Positions 18,686 through 27,324 of a stretch of 43,508 bases of DNA are shown here, piece by piece (within the stretch, counting starts at the first letter, position 1; each line of letters starts with the position of its first letter). Location: positions 1 to 43,508 of the forward strand of contig DATEGL010000170.1 in the NCBI GenBank assembly GCA_035280145.1. Direction: 5' to 3'. This DNA comes from Candidatus Dormiibacterota bacterium (GTDB lineage Bacteria > Chloroflexota > Dormibacteria > Dormibacterales > Dormibacteraceae). Below the pieces are notes generated by a model, which saw nothing but the letters and a program-made list of their open reading frames with translations, was not told where the DNA came from and did no database searches. Both the position numbers and the translations under genes were made by a program.

Positions 18686-19687
18686 TCAGCTCAGGTAGAA
18701 GAACCAATGAGCGTCATACGCGTCATAGCCGGCTGAGCTGCTTGCGTCGCGCACCCAGACCGAGAGCCGGTAATGTCCGGTGGTCTGGCCGCTTGACGTT
18801 GACCAGTTATAGGTGGAGCTGGTCGAATACGGTTGGGCCAGGGTCCACACTCCACCATTGGCGGGCCCGAGGATCCAGAATTCGAACAGCGGGTTCAGAC
18901 AGTCTGGGCTGGACGCGCTGATGGTCACAACCGTCCCGCCGGGCGCGCCGCCAGGCGGTTGGACAGATTCGCTCACCGACGGGCAGCCTGGGGTCAAGTC
19001 GAAATATTCGCTTGCGTCGTATGAGTCGTACGCCGCACTGCTTGTCGTGTCTCGCAGCCAGACCGAGAATCGATATGTCCCTGTCGTTTGCGTGCTCGAG
19101 GTCGCCCAGGAGTAGTAGCTGACCGAGCTGTAGTCCTGCACCATCGTCCAGGCGCCGCCGCTCGCCGGGCCGAGAATCCAGAACCGGTACAGAGGGTGGG
19201 AGCAGACCGCGGGAAGCTGAGCGTTGATTGTGACCGTGGTCCCGTGCATCGATCCAGTGGATGGCGCGGACGAAAGTGAAACTGCGGTGCACTGCGTCAG
19301 CGTGTATAGCAGGGTGTGGTAGGAGTCGTAGCTCAGCGTGCTGGCGCTGTCCCTCGCCCACACCGAGAACTCGTAGGTTCCCGCCGCAAGCGAGGCGGTC
19401 GGCCAGGAGTACGAAGAGCTGGTCGAGTACGTCTGAACCACGGACCATGTGCCACCGGGTGGCAGGAGCCAGAACTGATACAGCGGATTCGGGTTCGGGC
19501 AGCCGGACGCAACGGCCCAGACGGTTACCACAGGGCCGACCGTCGTCGGTGAGGGCGGGATGGCGTTGATCGTGGTCGCGGTGCAGCCGCTGCCTGCTCC
19601 GGCTGTCAGGACGGCAGTGTGATGTGAACCGGGAACGAAGGCGAGACCGAGACACCCGAGCGCAGCCGCGGCCAGGCGAGCCCTCAA
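18686..19687 (-). CDS. Secreted head-less protein made of a signal peptide plus three triple-tyrosine repeats
   Basis: MRARLAAAALGCLGLAFVPG signal-like start, then three ~100-aa repeats (coding repeats at about 18689-19585). Ends exactly at the last repeat. Confidence 0.8.
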   Translation of the reverse strand: MRARLAAAALGCLGLAFVPGSHHTAVLTAGAGSGCTATTINAIPPSPTTVGPVVTVWAVASGCPNPNPLYQFWLLPPGGTWSVVQTYSTSSSYSWPTASLAAGTYEFSVWARDSASTLSYDSYHTLLYTLTQCTAVSLSSAPSTGSMHGTTVTINAQLPAVCSHPLYRFWILGPASGGAWTMVQDYSSVSYYSWATSSTQTTGTYRFSVWLRDTTSSAAYDSYDASEYFDLTPGCPSVSESVQPPGGAPGGTVVTISASSPDCLNPLFEFWILGPANGGVWTLAQPYSTSSTYNWSTSSGQTTGHYRLSVWVRDASSSAGYDAYDAHWFFYLS

Positions 19688-19691
19688 TTCG

Positions 19692-22073
19692 TCAGGTCAG
19701 ATTGAAGTACTCGTTCGCGGCGTACGCGTCGTAGGAGGCAGAGCTGCTCGCATCGCGCACCCACACCGAGAAGCGGTACGTGCCTTTGGTCTGGGTGGCG
19801 CTGGTGTTCCAGGTATAGGTGTTGCCTGTGCCGTATGGCAGCACCAGCGTCCACACACCTCCGCTGGCGGGACCCAGGATCCAGAACTGGTAGCGAGGAT
19901 TGGGGCAGCCGGAGCTCGTTGCGGTGATCGTCACGGTCGTCCCTGCGGGGGCGTTGAGTGGCGGACTGGAGGTCTCGCCAACCGAGGGGCAACCCGGAGT
20001 CAGGTTGTAATAGGCACTCGCGTCGTAGGCGTTGTAGGCAGCAGTGCTGCTCGCATCGCGGAGCCAGACCGAGAAGCGATAGGTGCCCGTCGTCTGGGTA
20101 GGCGACGTGTTCCAGGTGTACGTGTTGCTCGCGCTATAGTCCTGGACCATCGTCCACACCCCACCGTTGGCGGGACCGAGGATCCAGAACCTGTACGTCG
20201 GGCTGCTGCATCCGCTCGTGCTCGTCGCGGTGAGGGTGACGACCGTGCCGCGCATGGCTGCGCTAGGCGGTGAGTCGGTGAGAGCCACCGACGCGCATTG
20301 GGACAGGGTGATGAACGCCGTCTTGTAGACGTCGTACTGCGTCGTGCTGCCGCTGTCTCTGGCCCAGACCGAAAACTCGTAGCTGCCCGCGGCGAGCCCA
20401 GTGGTGTTCCACGAGTAACTTGCATTCGTCGAATACGGCTGCACGATCGACCAGGCGCCGCCGGGCGGCAGGAGCCAGAACTGGTAGGAGGGGCTGGCGT
20501 GCGGGCAGCCGGTGGCGGTCCCGGTGACCGCGACGGTGGTGCCGATTGTCGCCTCACCGGGAGCGGTGACCGAGAGTCCAGAACACCCGGACAGCAGCGT
20601 GAACGCCCGTGCCGTGGTGCCGGAGGCCACAAAGATCTGGCCGCCGGCCGTGGCCGGTGTCGTGAAGTGATTGGCAGAGAAGCCGGCCGTTTGCAGGATC
20701 TTCGTTCCGGTCGCGGCATCGAAGCCATAAAGCCCGGTCCCGTTTGTGTCGACGACGAACACGACGCCTCCGGCCACTATGGGCGGGCCGAAAGTCGCGG
20801 CGGCCGTATGCCACGAAGGGGATGCGCACGTCGCGTCGCAGTTCGTGAACGAAGGGGTGGCGGGATAGACCTTCAACGCGACCAGGCCCTGTCCGTCACA
20901 CGACAAGTAGACGTATGGAGCCGCATAGGCGATCGAGCCGAACGTCGCGTCGTGGTGGTTGCCGTGGCACGCATCCACCGGGCCGTACGTCGAGGGTGCG
21001 GGTGTGGGGTAGAGCTGGCCGTCGATCCCACCCAGGTTCTGCGGATTGACGAGAAAGCCGTAACCTGCTTTGCCTGTCGCGAATGCCAGCGTCGGACTGA
21101 TCAGCACGGTGCTGATCGAACCGAGGTCCTCGTCGGGGCAAGACCAGACGTCGTGCCAGTCCTGAGGTGCGAAGTAGTCCTGCAAGCCAAGTGTTGGGGA
21201 GAGCCCGACGACGGCGTCGTTGAGGTTGTCATAGGAGCTCGGGCAATCACCGTTGCCGGTGGTCACGAGCACCTTGCCGGTCGAGTCGTCCACCACAACG
21301 CCGCCCGCCGCCCACATGCCACTCCCGCTACCGGGCGTCTCGAACTCCTCGAGCGGGAGGTTGTTCCCGGTCGTGCCGGCGCCGAACACGTAGCCGTGGT
21401 AATTCCCGCAGTCGCCGAAGCGGCCGCCCATCGGGATGTAGACGTGGCTCCGGTCGGCAGACAGGGCGAGCGCGCCACGCTCCTGCTGGATGGTCCAGTC
21501 GAAGTCCGCGCTGCTGACGGCGGAGTAGACGACCACAGCCCCGGTGTTGAGGTCGAGCCCAAACATGTAGTAAGAAAGCTCGAGGTGCCGGAAGGCCACG
21601 ACGTAGATGCGCCCGCCGACTGTGTCGATCACCGGCGTGCCGAGGATGCCGGCTGAGGAGACGTTGCCGCATGCCCAGCCGCTCGTCTGAGGGGCGCCCA
21701 GGTTCGTTGACCACGCCACCGTGCCGTCGGCCTGGTGGAGCGCATACACCGTGTTGTTGAGCGTCGCGACGTAGACAAAGCCGTTGTAGATGAGTGGCTC
21801 GACGTATGTCTGGCCGTCGAGGGCGGTCGTCCATCCGGCACCGATCCCTGTGACAGTTGACTGCGAGCTGTCGAAGCCGGTGTGGGCGTTGTCGCGGTGG
21901 TACACGGTCCAGGAGCCGTTTGCGACCTGGGCGGAGTCAGGCGCAGCCGGAGCACGGCTCGCCGCCGAGACTGGTCCAGCCGGCGCGAGTGCGATCGCCA
22001 AGAAGCTGATGGCGGCCGCAGCGAGGCGAGCTCTCACCACGTCGTAATCATGAACGCTGCAGGTGGCCCTCAT
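19692..22073 (-). CDS. Secreted PQQ-like (BamB-type) beta-propeller protein fused to three triple-tyrosine repeats
   Basis: Propeller-type blades (NGFVYVATLNNTVYALHQADGTVAWS, GGRIYVVAF, GGVVFVVDTNGTGLYGFDAATGT). Three C-terminal repeats at about 19695-20585. I place the start at the ATG at 22073 (MRATC...) or the GTGs at 22040/22037 (VVRARLAAAA...), not the track start at 22196. Confidence 0.8.
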   Translation of the reverse strand: MRATCSVHDYDVVRARLAAAAISFLAIALAPAGPVSAASRAPAAPDSAQVANGSWTVYHRDNAHTGFDSSQSTVTGIGAGWTTALDGQTYVEPLIYNGFVYVATLNNTVYALHQADGTVAWSTNLGAPQTSGWACGNVSSAGILGTPVIDTVGGRIYVVAFRHLELSYYMFGLDLNTGAVVVYSAVSSADFDWTIQQERGALALSADRSHVYIPMGGRFGDCGNYHGYVFGAGTTGNNLPLEEFETPGSGSGMWAAGGVVVDDSTGKVLVTTGNGDCPSSYDNLNDAVVGLSPTLGLQDYFAPQDWHDVWSCPDEDLGSISTVLISPTLAFATGKAGYGFLVNPQNLGGIDGQLYPTPAPSTYGPVDACHGNHHDATFGSIAYAAPYVYLSCDGQGLVALKVYPATPSFTNCDATCASPSWHTAAATFGPPIVAGGVVFVVDTNGTGLYGFDAATGTKILQTAGFSANHFTTPATAGGQIFVASGTTARAFTLLSGCSGLSVTAPGEATIGTTVAVTGTATGCPHASPSYQFWLLPPGGAWSIVQPYSTNASYSWNTTGLAAGSYEFSVWARDSGSTTQYDVYKTAFITLSQCASVALTDSPPSAAMRGTVVTLTATSTSGCSSPTYRFWILGPANGGVWTMVQDYSASNTYTWNTSPTQTTGTYRFSVWLRDASSTAAYNAYDASAYYNLTPGCPSVGETSSPPLNAPAGTTVTITATSSGCPNPRYQFWILGPASGGVWTLVLPYGTGNTYTWNTSATQTKGTYRFSVWVRDASSSASYDAYAANEYFNLT

Positions 22074-23325
22074 CGGTCGCTCTGCCTCGGAGCAGCGCCA
22101 GAGCCACGATCTCCAACGCCGCCAATGCCCAGAATTCAAGGGCCAGATCGTTGTTGAAGTAGGGCGTGTCGACCAGGCCGTGGACGACGATGGCAACGAA
22201 GCTCATCGAGGTCCCCCACAGCAGCGGGCGCGCAAACCCGATTGCCCGACCGAATCCCTGCCATCCGCGCCACAGCAGCGTGGCCATGAGAGCGACGAAA
22301 GCGATGAGCCCGAGCAGCCCGAGCTCGACCCACATCGCAAGAAAAATGTTGTGCGGGTAGAGTTCCGGTGTGCGGCCCGCCAGGTACTGCCGCATGATCG
22401 GGGCGTAGTTGCGAACCCCGGCGCCGAAGATTGGATGGTCGCGAAGCATCACCAGCGTGTCGCTCCAGATGCGCACGCGGCCTTCGAAAGTGTTGCCCGA
22501 ATAATTCGGATCGAGCTGCTGGGAGAGGCGCTCCTGGACCCAGGGAATGCGCGAGATCGCCAGGCCGCTCACAGATGCGCCGAGCAGCAATGCGACCTTG
22601 AGCCTCAGTTGAGGCATCGTGATCACCGCGCCAATCGCCATCACAGCGAGGGTGAGCAGGCCGGCCCGAGAGAGCGTCAACACCATCGACGCCAGCAGAA
22701 TCGGGAGGCAGATCACGGCGACGATTCGGTCGCGCCGTTCCGATGCGTAGAGAGCGAAGCCTGCGGCGATCGCAATCGGGGGCTCAAGGAAAATCGCCAC
22801 CGAGTTGGGACTCGTGTACAGAACCTCTGGGGCGTTGCGGACTCCGATCACGTTGTGATGCGCGAGGTTGTCGGCCCACGCACCCAGGTTCCCGATCGCG
22901 AATGCGGTGGCGCCGACGGCAAACCCGAGCAGCACCGTGCGAGCTTCATTCGGCGACCCCAGAAGATCCACTGCGACGTAAAAGAGCAGCGCCGGCTCGA
23001 TGAAGTACGCGCGATAGAGCCCAAGCGCGCCGATATGGTCCGGTGAGACAAGGATGCCGATCCCGCCTGCAATTAGAAGGAGAGCAAGAGGAATCTCGAG
23101 CCCCGTCCGGCTCGCGCGCCAGCTGCCGGCGCGGACGCGGCCCGCGGCGTAAAGCGCGATCGTCAGCAGGACCAGGATCTCGAGAACTGTCGTGGGGAAC
23201 GGGCCAACGCGGAACCGAACCACGTACAGCGGCATGCACCCCACCGTGATGGCGAGCGCCCAGCGGCTGTAGCGAATCAGGGACGTTGCCGACACTGTGC
23301 CCGTGCGTTGGGGTGCGGCCACCAT
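22048..23325 (-). CDS. O-antigen ligase / polymerase / O-oligosaccharyltransferase family (Wzy_C domain) membrane protein
   Basis: 425 aa, polytopic, with a LTLSRAGLLTLAVMAIGAV block and a large loop before the HPHN-containing region, as in Wzy_C proteins. Confidence 0.7.
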   Translation of the reverse strand: MVAAPQRTGTVSATSLIRYSRWALAITVGCMPLYVVRFRVGPFPTTVLEILVLLTIALYAAGRVRAGSWRASRTGLEIPLALLLIAGGIGILVSPDHIGALGLYRAYFIEPALLFYVAVDLLGSPNEARTVLLGFAVGATAFAIGNLGAWADNLAHHNVIGVRNAPEVLYTSPNSVAIFLEPPIAIAAGFALYASERRDRIVAVICLPILLASMVLTLSRAGLLTLAVMAIGAVITMPQLRLKVALLLGASVSGLAISRIPWVQERLSQQLDPNYSGNTFEGRVRIWSDTLVMLRDHPIFGAGVRNYAPIMRQYLAGRTPELYPHNIFLAMWVELGLLGLIAFVALMATLLWRGWQGFGRAIGFARPLLWGTSMSFVAIVVHGLVDTPYFNNDLALEFWALAALEIVALALLRGRATDEGHLQRS

Positions 23326-23374
23326 ATGGTCCGCGAGGCATCATAGGGACGCGGCGAGCAGTCCTGCCGCGGCC

Positions 23375-25423
23375 TCAGGTCAGCGAGAAGTACTGGGTGT
23401 TGTAGACGTCGTAGCTGGAAGGGCTGTTCGCGTCCTTTGCCCACACAGAGAAGCGATATGTGCCGGTCGCGAGACCGGTCGTGTTCCACGTGAAGGAGCC
23501 GGCGTTCGAATAATCGCGCACCATAGTCCACTGTCCGTTGGGTGCCTGCACCCAGAAGCGATAGGTCGGCGTTGCGCATCCCGTCGCCGACCCAGTGATT
23601 GTCACGCCGGCGCCAACACTCGCCTGGCTGGGCGGTGACGAGGAGATGCTTACAGCAGCGCACGCAGGCTGGTTCACCTGCAGGTACTGGGTGGTGTAGG
23701 CGTCGTACTGCGCCGAGCTGCTTGCATCTCGCACCCATACGGACAGGCGATATGTCCCCGTGGGCTGGCCCGTGGTGTCCCAGTTGAAGGTCGGGCTCGT
23801 GGAGTAATCCTGTTCCATCGTCCACGTGCCGTTGGGCGGAAGGAGCCAGAACCGGTAAGACGGGTTGCTACAGTCCGAGGCAGCCGCGCCGACTTTCACT
23901 GTGCTCCCCACCGACGCTGCGGTGGGCGCGGAGATGGACACTCCGGTGCATGGGACCACCGCCAGCGTGTAGTAGAAAGTGCTGTACTGGTCGTACGTAG
24001 AGGGGCTGGAGGTGTCCCTGGCCCAGACGGAGAAGCGGTACGTTCCCGTCGCTTGGCCGGTCGTGTTCCACGAATAGCTGGCGGCCGTCGAGTAGTCCTG
24101 GGCGATGGCCCACACGCCGCCCGGCGGTTGGATCCAGAACCTGTACTGCGGGTTGGGACAGCCACCGGCCGAACCGCTGACGGCGACCTGCGATCCGACA
24201 GACGCCTGCGAATCGGGTGAGGCCGACACGGTGAGGCCGGTGCACGGCGTGGTCGTCAGGGTGTAGTACGCACTGTTCCAGCCGTCGTAGCTGGCCGGGC
24301 TCGCTGCGTCACGCGCCCACAGCGAGAAGCGGTACAGGCCTCCGACGGGACCGTTCTGCCAGGTGAATGTTCCGGACGCCGAGTAGTCCTGGGCCACGTT
24401 CCAGGTTCCGCCCGGCGGTTGGATCCAGAACCTGTACAGCGGGTTGGGGCACGAGCTTGATCCGGCCGTGAGCGTCACGGTCGTGCCGGGTGATTGTGGC
24501 GACGCCGGCAATGCGGAGAGGCGGACCCGGTTGCATCGACCCGGATAGACCGTATTCGAGGTCAGGCTGTCGGTGCCATCGGCGTTGGTGGCGCTGACTG
24601 TGAACGTGTAGGCGGTCTCGTTCTGCAATCCGGTGAAGGTCGCGCTGGTCGCGGTGGGAGGCAGGGTCATCGTTGCGTTGCCCGGGTGCGCGGTCACGGT
24701 GTAGCCAGAGATCTGTGTGTGGCATGTATGAGCGGGGTTCCAGGTGACAGTCGCGCTCCGGTTCCCGTTGGTGGCAGCGGGGTCGGGCCCGAGATGTGGC
24801 GGGCTTGGCAGGGCGCTCGCGTAGCTCTGGGCGATGCTCATGTAGTAGGACCAGTCCCAGTACGGTCCTGGGTCGGTGTGGTGGTCCTCACCGCCGAACA
24901 GGCCGGGGTTGTTTGGGTCCGGGACTTCGTCGTGCCCGATCACGTGGTTCCGGTCCATCGGCACTCCCCAACGCGAGCAGATCGAAGCCGCGAGGTGGGC
25001 GCTCGCCTGGTACATCGCTGTCGTGTAGTAGCCGGGTGTCCAGGCGAAGCCCTCGTGCTCGATTCCGATCGCGCGCGTGTTGTAGTCCCAGTTGCCGGCG
25101 TGCCACGCGATGTCGTGCTCCTGGACCATCTGGGTGATGTCGCCCTGGTCGGAAACCACGTAATCCGCTGAGGCGGCGAAGGTGGGGTCCTGGAACTCGG
25201 CTATCGCGCTCTCGTAGCTCCCTTCGGTGTCGTGGATGATGATCATGTCGACCGGGTGGTCATGCGGACGGTTCCCGTAGCTGTAGTTGGCGGGGTCGGC
25301 AGGAACCCAGCTGGCAAGCGGATAGTCGGGAGTGCTCCTGAGCGCGGCGCTCGCGCCAACCGGCGCCGCCGAAGCCAGGACCACCATCGCAGGCACCACG
25401 CAAATAGGGATGAGCCGGCGCAT
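23375..25423 (-). CDS. Secreted N-acetylmuramoyl-L-alanine amidase (Amidase_2/PGRP) - FN3 - four triple-tyrosine repeats
   Basis: MRRLIPICVVPAMVVLASAAPVGASA signal. Amidase_2 block IIIHDTEGSY...ADYVVSDQGDITQMVQEHDIAWHAGNWDYNTRAIGIEHEG. FN3-like segment SATVTWNP...ISGYTVTA...TAYTFTVSATNADG. Four repeats at about 23378-24535. The track start TTG at 25450 is an alternative. Confidence 0.85.
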   Translation of the reverse strand: MRRLIPICVVPAMVVLASAAPVGASAALRSTPDYPLASWVPADPANYSYGNRPHDHPVDMIIIHDTEGSYESAIAEFQDPTFAASADYVVSDQGDITQMVQEHDIAWHAGNWDYNTRAIGIEHEGFAWTPGYYTTAMYQASAHLAASICSRWGVPMDRNHVIGHDEVPDPNNPGLFGGEDHHTDPGPYWDWSYYMSIAQSYASALPSPPHLGPDPAATNGNRSATVTWNPAHTCHTQISGYTVTAHPGNATMTLPPTATSATFTGLQNETAYTFTVSATNADGTDSLTSNTVYPGRCNRVRLSALPASPQSPGTTVTLTAGSSSCPNPLYRFWIQPPGGTWNVAQDYSASGTFTWQNGPVGGLYRFSLWARDAASPASYDGWNSAYYTLTTTPCTGLTVSASPDSQASVGSQVAVSGSAGGCPNPQYRFWIQPPGGVWAIAQDYSTAASYSWNTTGQATGTYRFSVWARDTSSPSTYDQYSTFYYTLAVVPCTGVSISAPTAASVGSTVKVGAAASDCSNPSYRFWLLPPNGTWTMEQDYSTSPTFNWDTTGQPTGTYRLSVWVRDASSSAQYDAYTTQYLQVNQPACAAVSISSSPPSQASVGAGVTITGSATGCATPTYRFWVQAPNGQWTMVRDYSNAGSFTWNTTGLATGTYRFSVWAKDANSPSSYDVYNTQYFSLT

Positions 25424-25529
25424 AAACAACCTTGTTAACGAAACGCCCAAGAGAACCCTGTATTAATACCCCGGACCGAGAGTCGCAGATTCTAAGAGCC
25501 AAAACTTAGAGCCGGTTAAACTCGCGAAA

Positions 25530-27197
25530 GTGCCGCCTGCGGACCTCCCCAGCCGCATCCTGTACCGCGGCCGAGACCGGGCTGCGGCGCGGTCATTCCT
25601 CCACGCGATCGGCCTGACCGCCGAGGACATCGAAAAGCCGTTCATCGGCGTGTCCAACTGCTGGCTCGAGACCATGCCATGCAATTTCGGCCTGCGCGAG
25701 ATCGCGGCCCCACTGAAGGCCGGCATTCGCGCCGCCGGCGCCAACCCGATGGAGTTCAACACCGTTGCCATCTCGGACGGCATCACGATGGGCACCGAGG
25801 GGATGAAGACCTCGCTCGTGAGCCGCGAGGTCATCGCCGACTCAATCGAGTTGGTCGGCCGGGGCCACATGTTCGACGGGATGGTCTGTCTGACGGCCTG
25901 CGACAAGACGACGCCAGGCTCGGCGATGGCCCTTGTCAGACTCGACCGCCCGGGGATCGTGCTTTACGGCGGCTCGATCATGCCCGGCTACTGGCGCGGG
26001 AGACAGGTCGCCGTGGGTGACGTTTATGAGGCAATCGGGGCGGCAGCCGCCGGCAAGATCACCGACGCGGAACTGACCGATCTCGAGCTGGTCGCCTGCC
26101 CCGGGGCCGGGGCGTGCGGCGGGCAGTACACCGCCAACACGATGTCGATGATGTTCGAGGTCATCGGACTGTCGCCGGTCGGGTTCAATTCGATCCCGCA
26201 GACCGATCCGGAGAAGCTGCGGGCGGCGGAGAAGATTGGCGTGGTCGCGATGAATGCGCTCGAGCACGACCTGCGGCCTTCGCGGATCCTCACCCGCCGC
26301 GCTTTCGACAACGCGATCGCGGCGGTGGCCGCGAGCGGCGGCTCGACCAACGCTGTGCTGCATTTGCTGGCGCTCGCGCGCGAGGTGGGGGTCGGCCTGA
26401 CGATCGACGAGATCGACCGCATCAGCCGGCGCACGCCGCTGCTGTGCGACCTCAAGCCCGGCGGCCGTTTCGCAGCGGTCGAGCTGCACAGGGCAGGCGG
26501 CATCGCGCTCCTCACGAAGCGGTTGATTGACGGCGGTTACGTCGACGGCGATGCGCTGACTGTCACCGGCCGCACCCTGGGCGAAGAGTGCGAATCCGTC
26601 CGGGAAACGCCTGGACAGGAGGTGGTCGCGCCCCTCTCGGCGCCGCTGCGCAGCGAGGGTGGGCTGGTCGTCCTTTCAGGCAACCTCGCGCCGGAAGGCT
26701 CGGTGGTCAAGGTCACGCATAGCACACCGACAACGCACCGTGGACCGGCTCGTGTCTTCAACCGCGAGGAGGACGCGTTCGCCGCGGTGTACGCCGGCCG
26801 CATCAAGCCGGGCGAGACGGTGGTGATCCGTTACGAGGGCCCGAAGGGCGGGCCGGGCATGCGCGAGATGCTGTCTGTGACCGCAGCCATCGTCGGCGAG
26901 GGACTTGGCGAATCCGTGGCGATGGTCACGGACGGGCGATTCTCCGGCGCGACCCGGGGCTTGATGGTTGGCCACGTCGCACCCGAGGCGGCGGTGGGTG
27001 GCCCGCTAGCCGCGGTTCAAGACGGGGATGTCATCTCCATCGACGTCGAGTCGCGCACGTTGAATGTGGAGAACGTCGACATCGACAGGCGTCTCAGCTC
27101 GTGGTCACCGCCTGAGCCGCACTACCACAGAGGAGTGCTCGCCCGCTACGCAATGCTCGTGAGTTCAGCCTCCGAAGGAGCCATCCTCAAGCCTTAA
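25530..27197 (+). CDS. ilvD: Dihydroxy-acid dehydratase
   Basis: 555 aa with CDKTTPG, GAGACGGQYTANTM, RFSGATRG and full-length family colinearity. GTG start. Confidence 0.95.
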   Translation: MPPADLPSRILYRGRDRAAARSFLHAIGLTAEDIEKPFIGVSNCWLETMPCNFGLREIAAPLKAGIRAAGANPMEFNTVAISDGITMGTEGMKTSLVSREVIADSIELVGRGHMFDGMVCLTACDKTTPGSAMALVRLDRPGIVLYGGSIMPGYWRGRQVAVGDVYEAIGAAAAGKITDAELTDLELVACPGAGACGGQYTANTMSMMFEVIGLSPVGFNSIPQTDPEKLRAAEKIGVVAMNALEHDLRPSRILTRRAFDNAIAAVAASGGSTNAVLHLLALAREVGVGLTIDEIDRISRRTPLLCDLKPGGRFAAVELHRAGGIALLTKRLIDGGYVDGDALTVTGRTLGEECESVRETPGQEVVAPLSAPLRSEGGLVVLSGNLAPEGSVVKVTHSTPTTHRGPARVFNREEDAFAAVYAGRIKPGETVVIRYEGPKGGPGMREMLSVTAAIVGEGLGESVAMVTDGRFSGATRGLMVGHVAPEAAVGGPLAAVQDGDVISIDVESRTLNVENVDIDRRLSSWSPPEPHYHRGVLARYAMLVSSASEGAILKP

Positions 27198-27324
27198 CGC
27201 AGGCAAGGTTGACCTGGGCCTGCAGCATTGGCGTTACGACAGTTTCGCGGGGATGCGTACACCCTGACCAGACAGCTCTCGACCTCGTGACTCCGCGAAT
27301 TTCGTTTGTTATCCTCACGTCCAC

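Noticed and set aside
20000-21834. Alternative-frame and antisense ORFs over the beta-propeller gene (20298-21656 plus strand, 452 aa; 20000-20728 and 21328-21834 minus strand)
   Set aside because: They overlap a coding frame with clear propeller blades and repeats. Their composition (R/P/A/G runs) indicates non-coding frames.
18686-25450. Diversity-generating retroelement or phase-variable cassette system acting on the repeat proteins
   Set aside because: The window has no reverse transcriptase, template repeat or invertase gene. Repeat divergence is spread over the whole domain rather than focused adenine-specific variation.
27198-27236. Rho-independent terminator after ilvD (nested inverted repeats TAACGC/GCGTTA and GCAGGC/GCCTGC)
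   Set aside because: The stems are interrupted and there is no U-tract, so this is too weak to list as a feature.
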